Of a stretch of DNA of 64,000 nt, positions 10,256-21,358 are shown in pieces. Origin of the DNA: Macrostomum lignano (taxonomy: Eukaryota); the NCBI GenBank assembly GCA_002269645.1, contig NIVC01001075.1:124001-188000 (forward strand), written 5' to 3'. The position numbers and the translations under genes were made by a program. Each line of letters starts with the position of its first letter. The first letter of the stretch is position 1. The notes under the pieces are model-generated. The model was not told where the DNA came from. It did no database searches and saw only the letters and a program-made list of their open reading frames with translations.

Positions 10256-13225
10256 CACGCCTATGCAGAAGCTGAAAAATGGGGAAAGAAAATTCCCAAA
10301 GAAACTGATGCTTTTCCCAGCCCCAATGACCTATGCAGATTTCAAAAACAGTGTCAGACAAATCTAATCGCCTTGTCAAAAATGGTAATATGAATTTTTT
10401 ATATTATATGCAAATTACATGTAATATGATAGGTATTTAAGGCGAAACCCATCGATAATATTAATGTTAATATAAGTTCGTAGTTTTAATATTAATTTTA
10501 ATCATTAAAGGAACGTGCAACTGTATTAGTATTAATATTATAAAATGAGAACCATGCACTTATTATTGCTAATGTCCGTATGGAATAAAGTGTGCATGGA
10601 TATTAAGTACACAAGCTAAATCCTAGAAATCTTTGCAGGCATGAAAATGCTTGACATCAAATATGGCTGGAATTGTAGCTAACAACTGCGCGCAGCAGGC
10701 ATTCTGCATACTGCACATGCCCCAGAGGCCTGCGAAACCGCTGCCACGTCGAACGAAAGTCGCTGTGTGCAGACTCGACTGCCTGCTCACTGAAGGTCCC
10801 AAGGCCTGAGTTGAATCGCTCGCAGAACTCCGGAACATGGTGGAAAAGGGCGTGCATCTTAGGTGTCGGCACCAGCTTCAGTTCAGCGCAGCAGGATTCC
10901 AGCTGGGCAATCTTCTGGCAAAAGTCGCTCATCAGCTGTTGCCCAAAGCATGCTTGGCGAACAGCATCGAATGCCATGAGAGCAGACGCATAGCCCTGGA
11001 GCCTTGATGGCAGGTTGCTCTTGAGCTCTTGAGCTTTAAGCAGCAATCTGACACACGCAGGGCCTTCCAGACACCCGCCGTGGTACTGCTCGCGACAGAT
11101 TCCAGCTGAATGCGCCCACTTGTATGCCTTGTCGTCGCCCCAAGCTGAGTTCAGCTGATCGAGCAGTTTGTTGGTCACACCAAGCATGATGTGCAGCTCT
11201 GGTGGTGGCACGAGGTCCAGCATTGGCGTAGAATCAGCCCCAGGGAGAAGAGGCTGTCTGACACAGCTTGCGTAGTTTCTTGCCAGTCGCTGGCAGCTAC
11301 CAGCAGCCTCGAATGCCGTGGCCATCCGACGAATGGATCCAAGGGTTCTTATGGAACCGGCAACTTGCCACGGCGCCTGCCCCTCACAGTAGAGACAAGG
11401 ATGAGCTGCGGCATGACTTTGAAGGCCACACAGGATGTTGGCTAGCTTGAAGTCGCAAGCGACTGTGAACTTAATCGATGTCAAGTCTAGCTCATCTAGA
11501 AGTGCTCGCACATTTGCATAGTTCTCCTGGACATCCTCAGCAATCGCGATGATAAACAGTTTTTTTACGCCAAAGTTGCTTATTCGCGACTCCCTGCTCA
11601 GCTTCTTAGGTGTGGACTCTGCCTGTGGTTCGGTAGGCAGTACTGGGGCGACACTAAGGCAGATTTTTAGCGAGCCACCACCTCCGTCCATCCCCAGCTT
11701 CAATCTCACATCGAACTCACTAAATCCTCGCTTTGAGCAAATGAAGCTCAGCAGGCCCTGCAGATCGGGGCATATGACGGAACATCTTGTGGTATCAGTA
11801 AAGCTGCCACCTGAGGACTTTTGAGTGAATTTGAGCTGCCGCATCTCAAAAAAACTCTCCGCGATGCTGCCTGCGGCTGCCAGAGCTGCCCGCAGTCCGG
11901 GTTGCACGGCCTTACGACTGCCCTCCGCCTGCCTGATAATTGTGGCTGCCATGTTTGTCTGCCGGTCACTCAGATTGAGAGATGTCTTTAACGTTACTAG
12001 TGTCTCGGTCCTCAGCGCTCTCTGCTCATTTGAATCACTTGCATGCCTCAGCTGCATTGGTGGGCCACCGGTGGCGCTGGAAATAGAAGCCGTTGATCCA
12101 TGTCCTGATGCTGCTGCTGCTCTTAGCTTTTCACGCATCACGTCATGAGCGATGTGCTCTTTTGATGTAGGGCTGAGCGTGCGCAGGTACTGCAACTTGC
12201 TGGAGACGCTGCACTCGTGCCTTAGGCCTTTGCCCACAAGTGAGTGGCACCTAGTGCAGCGCTTCTCCGAGTCTCTGTCCTGGCTTCGAGTTGTTTCTGC
12301 AGGTCGTCCTTGGGGCAATTTATGGTTGGCCCGGCTGCTGTCAGACATGTATGGGTGCCAGACCGCCACCCGCTTGTTTGATGGGCTGGAAACTACCTGG
12401 CAGATACAGCAGGAGCAGTGCGGATGCTCACGTGTGAGTTGTGGCAAAACCTCCAAATCTGCAACAATTTGAAGGTATGGCAGTCGAGCAGGCAGTTCTT
12501 GCGGTACAGGTGACGTCTGTGACTGCAATTTCTTGCTGCAGCAGCTGCACATGCCTCCTGGCAGAGTATTACGGATGTAGGCATGACAGAATTCTGGCAG
12601 GATAAATTGCTCGATGAGTTCTGCCTGAGCAGCTGAAATAACGCGATCGGCTTTGCGGAAGCAGAGGATGCAGCACCAGATACGATTCTCTTCATGTGTG
12701 CGTCGAAAGTTTGGCATCGCGAGGCCAGAGAACTGATTTGAGTACTGAGGGTAATTGTTTCAATTGACTGCAACTTTATTTTCAAAGGAAGTCTGCGTGT
12801 TAGCAAACTTGTGATAAGAGGCATGTTCTACTTTATGAATGTACATAGTCTGTTCATTGTTTCTCAATCCCTTAATCACAATAGATCTCAATAAATATGT
12901 ACATTTGAGTTGTCTGCCAAAATTTCTATCTAATAATGTACAGCATTTTATGACGCCCTTAAATTTATGCTCTAAACTTTGCAATTGATGCCTGCTCTTG
13001 TTACGCAATTGTTTTCACTACTTGCAATGGCGCAACTGACGAATCTAATACTGAACATGCAGCTGAGAACACATAATTTCAATTTTCCATTCTATTATTT
13101 TTGGACAAGGCGATTAGATTTGTCTGACACTGTTTTTAAAATCTGCATAGGTCATTGGGGCTGGGAAAAGCATCAGTTTCTTAGGGAATTTTCTTTCCCC
13201 ATTTTTCAGCTTCTGCATAGGCGTG
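10256..13225 (-). mobile_element. Chapaev-type (CMC) DNA transposon, full length, 2970 bp
   Basis: CAC...GTG termini; ~122-bp TIRs (10256-10377, 13104-13225) with 2 mismatches; 4-bp TSD AACC (10252-10255, 13226-13229); single transposase ORF. Confidence 0.9.
10657..12717 (-). CDS. Chapaev-like DDE transposase (686 aa)
   Basis: N-terminal H-x7-C-x2-C-x33-P-x2-M-C-x2-C (Chapa-like zinc motif); second CxxC..HxC; GMDGGG, ACDFK..PCLYC, PPELH and SEQAVES motifs as putative D,D,E scaffold; uninterrupted ORF inside TIRs. Confidence 0.88.
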   Translation of the reverse strand: MPNFRRTHEENRIWCCILCFRKADRVISAAQAELIEQFILPEFCHAYIRNTLPGGMCSCCSKKLQSQTSPVPQELPARLPYLQIVADLEVLPQLTREHPHCSCCICQVVSSPSNKRVAVWHPYMSDSSRANHKLPQGRPAETTRSQDRDSEKRCTRCHSLVGKGLRHECSVSSKLQYLRTLSPTSKEHIAHDVMREKLRAAAASGHGSTASISSATGGPPMQLRHASDSNEQRALRTETLVTLKTSLNLSDRQTNMAATIIRQAEGSRKAVQPGLRAALAAAGSIAESFFEMRQLKFTQKSSGGSFTDTTRCSVICPDLQGLLSFICSKRGFSEFDVRLKLGMDGGGGSLKICLSVAPVLPTEPQAESTPKKLSRESRISNFGVKKLFIIAIAEDVQENYANVRALLDELDLTSIKFTVACDFKLANILCGLQSHAAAHPCLYCEGQAPWQVAGSIRTLGSIRRMATAFEAAGSCQRLARNYASCVRQPLLPGADSTPMLDLVPPPELHIMLGVTNKLLDQLNSAWGDDKAYKWAHSAGICREQYHGGCLEGPACVRLLLKAQELKSNLPSRLQGYASALMAFDAVRQACFGQQLMSDFCQKIAQLESCCAELKLVPTPKMHALFHHVPEFCERFNSGLGTFSEQAVESAHSDFRSTWQRFRRPLGHVQYAECLLRAVVSYNSSHI

Positions 13226-14149
13226 AACCCGAATCCACAATTTCTAATTCCATATCCCCGATTCCTCATTTTGGAATCCGAATCCACGATTCTTAATTCC
13301 ATATCCCTGATTCCTCAATTTGGAACCCGAATCCACAATTTCTAATTCCATATTCCGATTCCTCATTTTGGAATCCGAATCCACGATTTTTAGTTCCCTT
13401 TCCCAGAAAAGCATATGTCACCTTTTGCAAGAAACTTGAAAGACTGGGTCAGATATCATAATTCATAAGGCAGAGAGGAGCTTATGGCACCTTTTTCTAA
13501 ATGTTTGAAAGACTGCCAGCTATCATAGAACCGTGAGAAGCTCATTTTTTTATCTCAATCCCCGATTCCGAATCTCTATCCCTTATTCCTCGTTTTGGAA
13601 CCCGAATCCACAATTCCTAAATCCATATCCCTGATTCCTCATGTTGGAATCCGAATCCACAATTCCTAAATCCATATCCCTGATTCCTCATGTTGGAATC
13701 TGAATCCACGATTCTTAATTCCATATCCCTGATTCCTCATTTCGGAATCCGAATCCACGATTCTAAATTTATATCCCTGGTTCCTCATGTTGGAATCCAA
13801 ATCCACGATTTCTAATTACTTATCCCTGATAAGATGCACTTGTTTATATCCCTCAGAGGGGAATGGTGAGGGGAAGCTTCTGACGTTCTAGTTTCTTTAG
13901 CTATACAAGTAAATATAGATGTAGTCTTCGCATAAATATTTATGGCACCTTTTATCAAAAGGTTTGAAAGCCTTTAATCGGTTTTTGGTAGAAGAAAATG
14001 ACAAGTCAAAGTGGCTGTCAAACCATAAACTCAAGCCAGACTTGTCCACAAACGTGTCCGCAAAATTCGGCAAAAAGCCTTGGGACTGCGCCTGTATGTG
14101 TATTCTAATATCAAAACACAGCTAATAAAAGCAAAAAAAGAAGCGTCAT

Positions 14150-14800
14150 GTATAAATGAAAGAAGCGTCATGCAAACAATCATAGAAGCGTCATGTAAAC
14201 GATCATAGAAGCGTCATGTCAACAATCATGGAAGCGTCATGTAAAAAAGCATAGAAGCGTCCGGTAAAAATCATACAAGCATAATGTAATAAATCATAGA
14301 AGCGTCCTGTAAACAATCATATAGGCGTCATGTAAAAAAATCATAGAAGCGTCATGTAAAAAATCATAGAAGCGTCATGTAAAAATCATAGAAGCGTCAT
14401 GTAAACAATCATAGAAGCGTCATGTAAAAAATCATAGAAGCGTCATGTAAACAATCATAGAAGCGTCATGTAAAAATCATAGAAGCGTCATGTAAAAATC
14501 ATAGAAGCGTCATGTAAAAATCATAGAAGCGTCATGTAAAAAATCATAGAAGCGTCATGTAAAAATCATAGAAGCATCATGTAAAAAATCATAGAAGCGT
14601 CATGTAAAAAATCATAGAAGCGTCATGTAAAAATCATAGAAGCGTCATGTAAAAATCATAGAAGCGTCATGTAAACAATCATAGAAGCGTCATGTAAAAA
14701 ATCATAGAAGCGTCATGTAAACAATCATATAAGCGTCATGTAAACAATCATAGAAGCGTCATGTAAAAAATCATAAAAGCGTCCGGTAAAAATAACAGAG
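14150..14800. repeat. 23-24-bp minisatellite
   Basis: atcatagaagcgtcatgtaaaaa, about 25 copies. Confidence 0.95.
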
Positions 14801-15304
14801 GCGTCATGTAGAAAAGAAAATGAGCTTTATGTAAAAATGAAAAAAGTAAAAAAATGTAAAAAAATAGAAGCATTACGTAAAAATCAATAAGCATCATGTA
14901 AAAAGAAGCGTCATGTCAAAAAGTAGCGTCATTTCAAAATAAAAAAAGAGTCACGTGAAACTGTGCTGTGACTCTTGAGGAGAATTACTAAGATGTTAAG
15001 GCTCACGGGGAATAACTGAGATGTACTCGTAAATGCTTATGAGGGATTTTTGAGATGTCTAGGTAAAATTCAGAAGCTACATGTAGTTTATTCACTTTTT
15101 TATTACATTCTTTGTTAGTTCCCCACGAGGGGCGCTAATAGAAGAAGCGTCATTTTAAACAGATGAAAGTAGATATAAAAGAAGAGTCATGTCGAAGTTA
15201 GGAGATTCATTTGGGAATCGCTACGATGTCAAGGCTTGGAGGAATTGCTATAATGCTGTAATGTTATAATGACTCTTGGGGAGAATTACTAAAATGGCAA
15301 TGCT

Positions 15305-15328
15305 TTAGGGTTAGGGTTAGGGTTAGGG
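15305..15328 (+). repeat. Interstitial telomeric repeat (TTAGGG)4
   Basis: Four perfect TTAGGG units. Confidence 0.85.
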
Positions 15329-18029
15329 TTGACAGATTTTTTAAGATTTCAAGGCTTATGGGGGTCATCGCTCAGATTTCAAGGGGGGGGGTTTGATATG
15401 TTAAGACTTGTGGGGGGAGGAATTGCTGAGATGTCAACGCTTACAAGCGATTGCTGAGGTTATTGCAAAGAGACACTACAATCTACATGTAGTTTATTAA
15501 AAAAACTCGTACTGCATTTTTTGGCTCCCCAAGGGGGGGCGCTGATTGCTAGTTAAATTCTGAAATTATGAACCACGAAAAGACAGGAGCAGTTGAAACT
15601 GAAAAATAACAAAACTTAGTTCGTATCATATCGGCCATCGGGTGTTTCATAGTCTAAATCTGGGATAAAAGTAATCAAACTGGTTTTAAATAAACATTCA
15701 TCTGCTTCTCATTTTCTATTAATGTTGCTATGGTGACCAAAGTATCCAGGCGATATCCAAGTGCAGGTTTGTGGTGCCCCTATGACATCGCAGCGGCCAG
15801 GCCATAGGCGTTGTACATCCTGGGCTCCAGGTCCGGCTGGACAAAGAATGCCGGCAGCCGAGTGGCCAGGCGGCAATCTCGCCCTCTGCACTCCGGCAAC
15901 GGCAGAGCGCGCTAGAAGCCCTCGTAGCGATCGGGCAGAATCTGGATGAGAGTGCAAAATGTGTTTTTGACTGGTTAGTTTCGTTGCTTCGATACATGTC
16001 GGCTGTTTTGTGATATTAATTTACAGTTTCTAAGGTTGTAACTTGTTTCATCAATGATTTAACGGCCCAGCCTTGCTTGCGTCAAAAACTGTAGAATTTT
16101 AGCAAAGTAAATCAGTATGTCGATTACTAGCCAAGGTAAATTCTAGTACCTAGGAAGAAGTACCTAGGTATCCAGGTAATAAAAGTTCCTAGGGAGCGCT
16201 GGGAGGAGTGGCGCTCCCACCAGACCCCTAAATCCGCGCCCCTGGCTACAGCTGTTGCGAAATATTTTAAAAGTGTCATTTTTAGTCAGTTCAGTATACT
16301 TCAGTATTTCTGTTTTACTGAACTTTTATACTTCGCAATTCAATTTACGAGGGGTGTTAATTCAGAAGTACAATTCAGAAGTACAATTCAGAAGTACAAT
16401 TCAGAATTTACGATACAGTTGTAATCAGATAAGGATTTATGGATTCCGACTGGGGCTATTTGCTTTAGACGAGTCAATTATGGATGGAATGTGCTCATCT
16501 GTTGTGGTAGGATGCAATGACTCACTAGGCGGCGCCGCCAAGCATCAGAACGTGGCCGCCGGCCGGCCATCGTCGCGGAACGCCATCTTAGCGGACAAAA
16601 TCAGCGATGGCCTCGTTCAGCAGGGGAGGTGAACAGCGTCCCGAGTAGCCAAACCACGGCTAGCCAGCCATGAGGTCTGCTGGCAGCGGATTCTGTCACC
16701 TGCGGGTTGATTGCGGCGGATTGCGACTTCAGTGCAACCTGAGCAACTGTAAATTAAAATCACAAAACAGCCGATATGTATCGAAGGGCGATATTTTTTC
16801 AGAAAGGGTATCAGAGTATCGCTTTTAACCGATACTTTTTCTGAGTATCGTGCCCAACACTGGGTAATTATTATCCCTTTTTAATTGTTTCTTTTCTACC
16901 ATTTTTGTTTTATTTTCAAAGTTTTATCTTAAATACGAGCGGGTCCGAAAGATCAGTTTGCTCTAGTGTAAACAGAATTCCAAACAATATTATCGCTTTG
17001 CTTAAAATGCTAACATTCAGTATCTATTTGTACTCCAGCATAAGATCAATTTATTTGACTACTTTACTCTTTATTTGACTTCCTAAACTAGAAAAGGAAA
17101 TAAGATCATACAGCAACCACAATTCAAGTATTTCAGGGCCAATGAAGTGCCAAAGGGGGCGCCAGATTGCCAGAATTTAACGAACGTGAGATTTTGAATA
17201 TCCGCGTGAATTTAAATTTTGTTCAAATTCCTAATTTTTTAACTTTGTGCGGAAATTCAAAATTTATTTTTCCGCCTTTTTTGACAATATTTACAAACGG
17301 ATTCAGTATACGAGTATTCTGAAAATAAAGATAACTGCTAAAGGACAAGTCCAATCTATAGAAATTAGAAAACTGGGACTCAGCGATTCTGCGAATTAGG
17401 AAATTAGCCTGTCTGTCAATTTTAGAATATCTCGCTTAGTACCTTACTTTGCTAAGTTTGTTTTTTTAAATCTTTTACGTTTGAAACGAAATGGATGGCT
17501 AGTCGTCCTCACTTCTTGCGCCTGTACTATTTTTCTTTGACCATATTTCCACCTTTAAGGTTATAGAAGAATATAAGATTCCTAGCATATTGCAATTATA
17601 AGCTAGACATAAAAGAAAATACAATGAGTACAATGCAAATTAAGAACCAACGTTTGCTTACCTTTGGAATAAAGAAATAACGAAGGCCTTACGAGCGTAT
17701 TAAGAATAAATCTCAAGATCTTAAAGATTCAACTGAGTCAAATAGTTTGATAAATGATATGTATTAAAAAGTAGAAACTATACGTTGAATGAAACACGTT
17801 TCTTTAAAGAATACAATTCCTTGCAGCTTAAAACGAAATGCGTTCTAGGAGTTTTTTAATTTTGGGAGAGTTGGGAAAGACAAAGAGCCGTCTTCATCCA
17901 GCATACATTAATATACGAGAAATGAGTCACGGATGTGCAGTGTTTTCAGCTAGCTTCATTGCTAGTACAGTGCTAGTACGCTAGTGCGCACTGGCGTTCC
18001 ACACTCACCCCACCTCTCCCTCTCCGCTC

Positions 18030-18126
18030 GTGGGCTGGCCCCCGCTAAGGGAGCCCATCCCACCGTGGGCTGGGTCCCGTTAACGGGCTATTTTTAGCGT
18101 GGGATGGGCTCCGCTAGCGGCGGGCC
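18030..18126. mobile_element. ~100-bp GC-rich interspersed repeat, copy 2 (inverted relative to 3609-3705)
   Basis: Direct sequence comparison with the reverse complement of copy 1. Confidence 0.7.
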
Positions 18127-18406
18127 GTTAGGTGCCGTCCCCCGCCTGAATGTACAGATACGGGTGCGTAATCTATTTTTAGAATACGCACTCACCACAC
18201 CACCCCTCCCTGGAGGGGCTTTCATATCGGGCCCCCACACTTAGTTCAACTTCTGAAATAAACCCCCCAGGCGCCATGACGTGTACACTGGAATTGGAAC
18301 CCCAATTTGACTAATTACGAGAATTGTTAAGGCTTCTGCTTTTATCGATTTTTCTCTCCTCCCAGTTTATAGTAAAGGAAATGTCGGAATCCAAGGTCAA
18401 CACACA

Positions 18407-18956
18407 GGGACGCTTTCATTAGACCTAAATTTCACAACGCCTAAAACCACCAGTCCACCACACTTCACAACGCCTAAATTTCATATCGCCTAAATTTCAC
18501 AACGCCTAAAATATTTGCACGCTCTTTCACATCGCCTAAATTTCACATCGCCTAAATTTCACAACGCCTAAAATCAAAAGTGCAGCCTCCTTCACATCGC
18601 CTAAATTTCATATCGCCTAAATTTCACAACGCCTAAAACCGAAAATGCAGCATCCTTCACATCGCCTAAATTTCATATCGCCTAAATTTCACAACGCCTA
18701 AAATCTTTGCTTCTCTCCTTCACACTTAGTTTTAGGTGTTGTGAAATTTAGGCGATATGAAGTTTAGGCGATATGAAAGAGCATGCAGATTTTTAGGCGT
18801 TGTGAAATTTAGGCGATATGAAATTTAGGCGATATGAAATTTAGGCGATGTGAAGGAGCGTGCAGAAATTTTAGGCGTTGTGAAATTTAGGCGTTGTGAA
18901 GGAGGCTGCATTTTCGATTTTAGGCGTTGTGAAATTTAGGTCTTTTGAAGCGCCCC
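18407..18956. mobile_element. Foldback MITE, probably Mutator/MULE-like
   Basis: TIR GGG(A/G)CGCTT..AGACCTAAATTTCACAACGCCTAAAA; arms built from 17-bp cgcctaaatttcaca(a/t) repeats in opposite orientation; 9-bp TSD CAACACACA (18398-18406, 18957-18965). Confidence 0.85.
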
Positions 18957-19664
18957 CAACACACACAGCACCCACCCAATAACCACAAATACGATAGTTA
19001 ATCAGTGATGTAATTCTATGAGTAAGCCAATTTCTTTTAATCCTCTTTAATTCTGTGACATTAATAGACCAAAGGAGGCAAGAATTTCATGACAATAAAC
19101 TCCCACCAGACCAAAATATCGTTGTTTGGCCACCTTAAATGCTAATATGTGACCGAGGCCCAAAATTTTGCAAAAACGCTGTTTTGTCAGTGACGAAATC
19201 ACTCGATTTATTTAACGATAGGTTGAGAAATTCCCGAAAGACAGTACAAAGTTAATAAGTATATTAATACACATGCCTTAAGCATTTTTATCGTTTATTT
19301 AAATGCAAAGCCGTATCCGTATGGGTAAAATCGTAGAAACATAAAAGCCAGTGCACCAAAATGCATTGCAAATGCAGCACGTACAAGCATTGGCAGTAAG
19401 TATACGGTACACATAGTCTCGCTTCTTGTAATGCAACAACTTAATTAAGTGGCAAATCTAAGCATAACGGAGGCGAAATACGAAACAAAGAATAAAATAA
19501 TAGACTTATAAATTAAACTTTGAAGCCATTGTAACTTGGCACTTAAAAGCAATATTGATAAAGCTTTGGAACTTTAATTGCAATTGCAGTACAGCACTGT
19601 CACTTTTCTGTCTTTTTCATATGCTTTTTGCCTAAGTGCCTAGGTGCCTAGGCTAGGTGACCTG

Positions 19665-20159
19665 CTATGGCGGCTGCTGCTGTGCCGACTGTGGCTGTGA
19701 CGGTGCTACAAGGTCGTTTACGTTGATACCAGCATCCTCGTGCTCGTCGACAAACTTGCGCCACTCAGCTTGGTCAGCTGGATACAGGTGTACAACCACA
19801 AAGTTGGTGAATATCTCGTGATAGCTTCTAGCTGTGTCGATGTGAATACTCAGTCTCGGACTCGGAATGGTGAACTCGAATTCGGGGTTCTGCTGCTGCG
19901 CCTCTTTAAAGTATCTCAGGCTAAGGCTCTGGACTTCGTTTTTTACGACAAAAACAGCCGGAGTTCCCACTTCGGAGAAGCCCCGGATCAGGCCTCTGGT
20001 CCTCAGGGGAGACAAAATCGAGTGCCTCTTCGGTCTGATGCCAGGCATGCCCAGCGTCAACTTGAGTCCTACCGGTCTGAATCGGCCAAAATATTTGAAT
20101 TTCCATTGAATATCTCTCGAAGAAACCTCGTCTAAACGGACTTCTTCTTGTTGGGCCAT
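19665..20159 (-). CDS. CS/p23-like protein, paralog 2 (164 aa, intronless)
   Basis: Complete ATG-to-TAG ORF, upstream TATA box, collinear similarity to paralog 1 (GIRPK; PRLSIHIDTARSYHEIFTNFVVVHL..EWRKF). Confidence 0.75.
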   Translation of the reverse strand: MAQQEEVRLDEVSSRDIQWKFKYFGRFRPVGLKLTLGMPGIRPKRHSILSPLRTRGLIRGFSEVGTPAVFVVKNEVQSLSLRYFKEAQQQNPEFEFTIPSPRLSIHIDTARSYHEIFTNFVVVHLYPADQAEWRKFVDEHEDAGINVNDLVAPSQPQSAQQQPP

Positions 20160-20264
20160 CTACGAGCGGATCTACTAGTTTAAAGACGCACTGGCGTTAT
20201 AGCTGTGCTTCAGAACAATGCGGTTTTGGGTTTAGGTCCTTTTCTTAACGCGCTGATTTGTTCA

Positions 20265-20274
20265 CTTTTATATA
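20265..20274 (-). promoter_or_regulatory. TATA box of CS-like paralog 2
   Basis: TATATAAAAG on the minus strand about 105 bp upstream of the ATG at 20159. Confidence 0.55.
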
Positions 20275-20734
20275 GCCTGACTTCAACTAGAACCCTTCAT
20301 ATGCAATGTATGTACATTGTGCAGATGGGAGCTTACTTAGTACAAAAGCGCTTGAGGGGTTTTGGTTTTGGGGTGTGCCGAGAGTTTCATCGATTTTTCT
20401 AACCCCCACCATACCCTCTCTATTGTTAACCAAACCGAACGCCGCCGCCTGGGGATGGGTGGCCGAGGGGTCTGATCCCCCACTGACTAATTCTCCACTA
20501 TGCCGAATGCAGTCCAGTAGCCAGTTCAGATGGGACCGTGAGGGATCATTGTGTTGTGACTCAGTGACTCCCACATAAACCCGAACACTTCTGTTCTGAA
20601 ATAGTGGGCCAGAATGAGGTTGGGCCGCTTCACAGGACAGGAAATTCACATCCTAAACAAAACATATCTGCAAAATATGCCAAAATCTAATCTGAAGTTT
20701 TTGGATTCAGCCTCAGTCTGACCTACTAGATCTA

Positions 20735-21358
20735 ATCTGGCGCTTATTCAATCCAATCTGGAGCTTGTTAGATCCAATCTGGCGCTTATTAGATCCAATG
20801 TGGCGCTTATTAGATCCAATGTGGCGCTTATTAGATCCAATGTGGCGCTTATTAGATCCAATCTGGCGCTTATTAGATCAAATGCGGCGCTGTTTAGATC
20901 CAATCTGGCGCTTATGAGATCCAATCTGGATCTGGCGTCAGTTAGATCAAATCTGGCGCTTATTAGATCCAATCTGGCGCTTATTAGATCCAATGTGGCG
21001 CTTATTAGATCCAATGTGGCGCTTATTAGATCCAATCTGGCGCTTATTAGATCCAATGTGGCGCTTATTAGATCCAATCTGGCGCTTATGAGATCCAATC
21101 TGGATCTGGCGTCAGTTAGATCAAATCTGGCGCTTATTAGATCCAATCTGGCGCTTATTAGATCCAATCTGGCGCTTATTAGATCCAATGTGGCGCTTAT
21201 TAGATCCAATGTGGCGCTTATTAGATCCAATGTGGCGCTTATTAGATCCAATCTGGCGCTTATGAGATCCAATCTGGCGATTATTAGATCCAATTTGGCG
21301 CTTATTAGATCCAATTTGGCGCTTATTAGATCCAATCTGGCACTTATTACATCCAATC
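20735..21358. repeat. 21-bp minisatellite
   Basis: ggcgcttattagatccaat(c/g)t, about 28 copies. Confidence 0.95.

Larger units (their letters stand above)
7420..13830. repeat. Composite satellite (49-bp + ~69-bp units, 1279-bp higher-order duplication), interrupted by a transposon
   Basis: 49-mer ggaatccgaatccacgattcctaattccatatccctgattcctcatgtt alternates with atcataattcataaggcagagaggagcttatggcacc blocks; marker variants at 7691/8970 and 7741/9020 are 1279 bp apart. Confidence 0.9.

Noticed and set aside
10256-13225. Transib/ProtoRAG assignment with RSS-like ends
   Set aside because: TSD is 4 bp rather than 5, the termini lack a CACAGTG heptamer/nonamer arrangement, and no RAG2-like ORF is present.
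7420-13830. CRISPR-like alternation of repeats
   Set aside because: The intervening sequences are themselves repeated rather than unique spacers, there are no cas genes, and the context is eukaryotic. The same applies to all other tandem arrays here.
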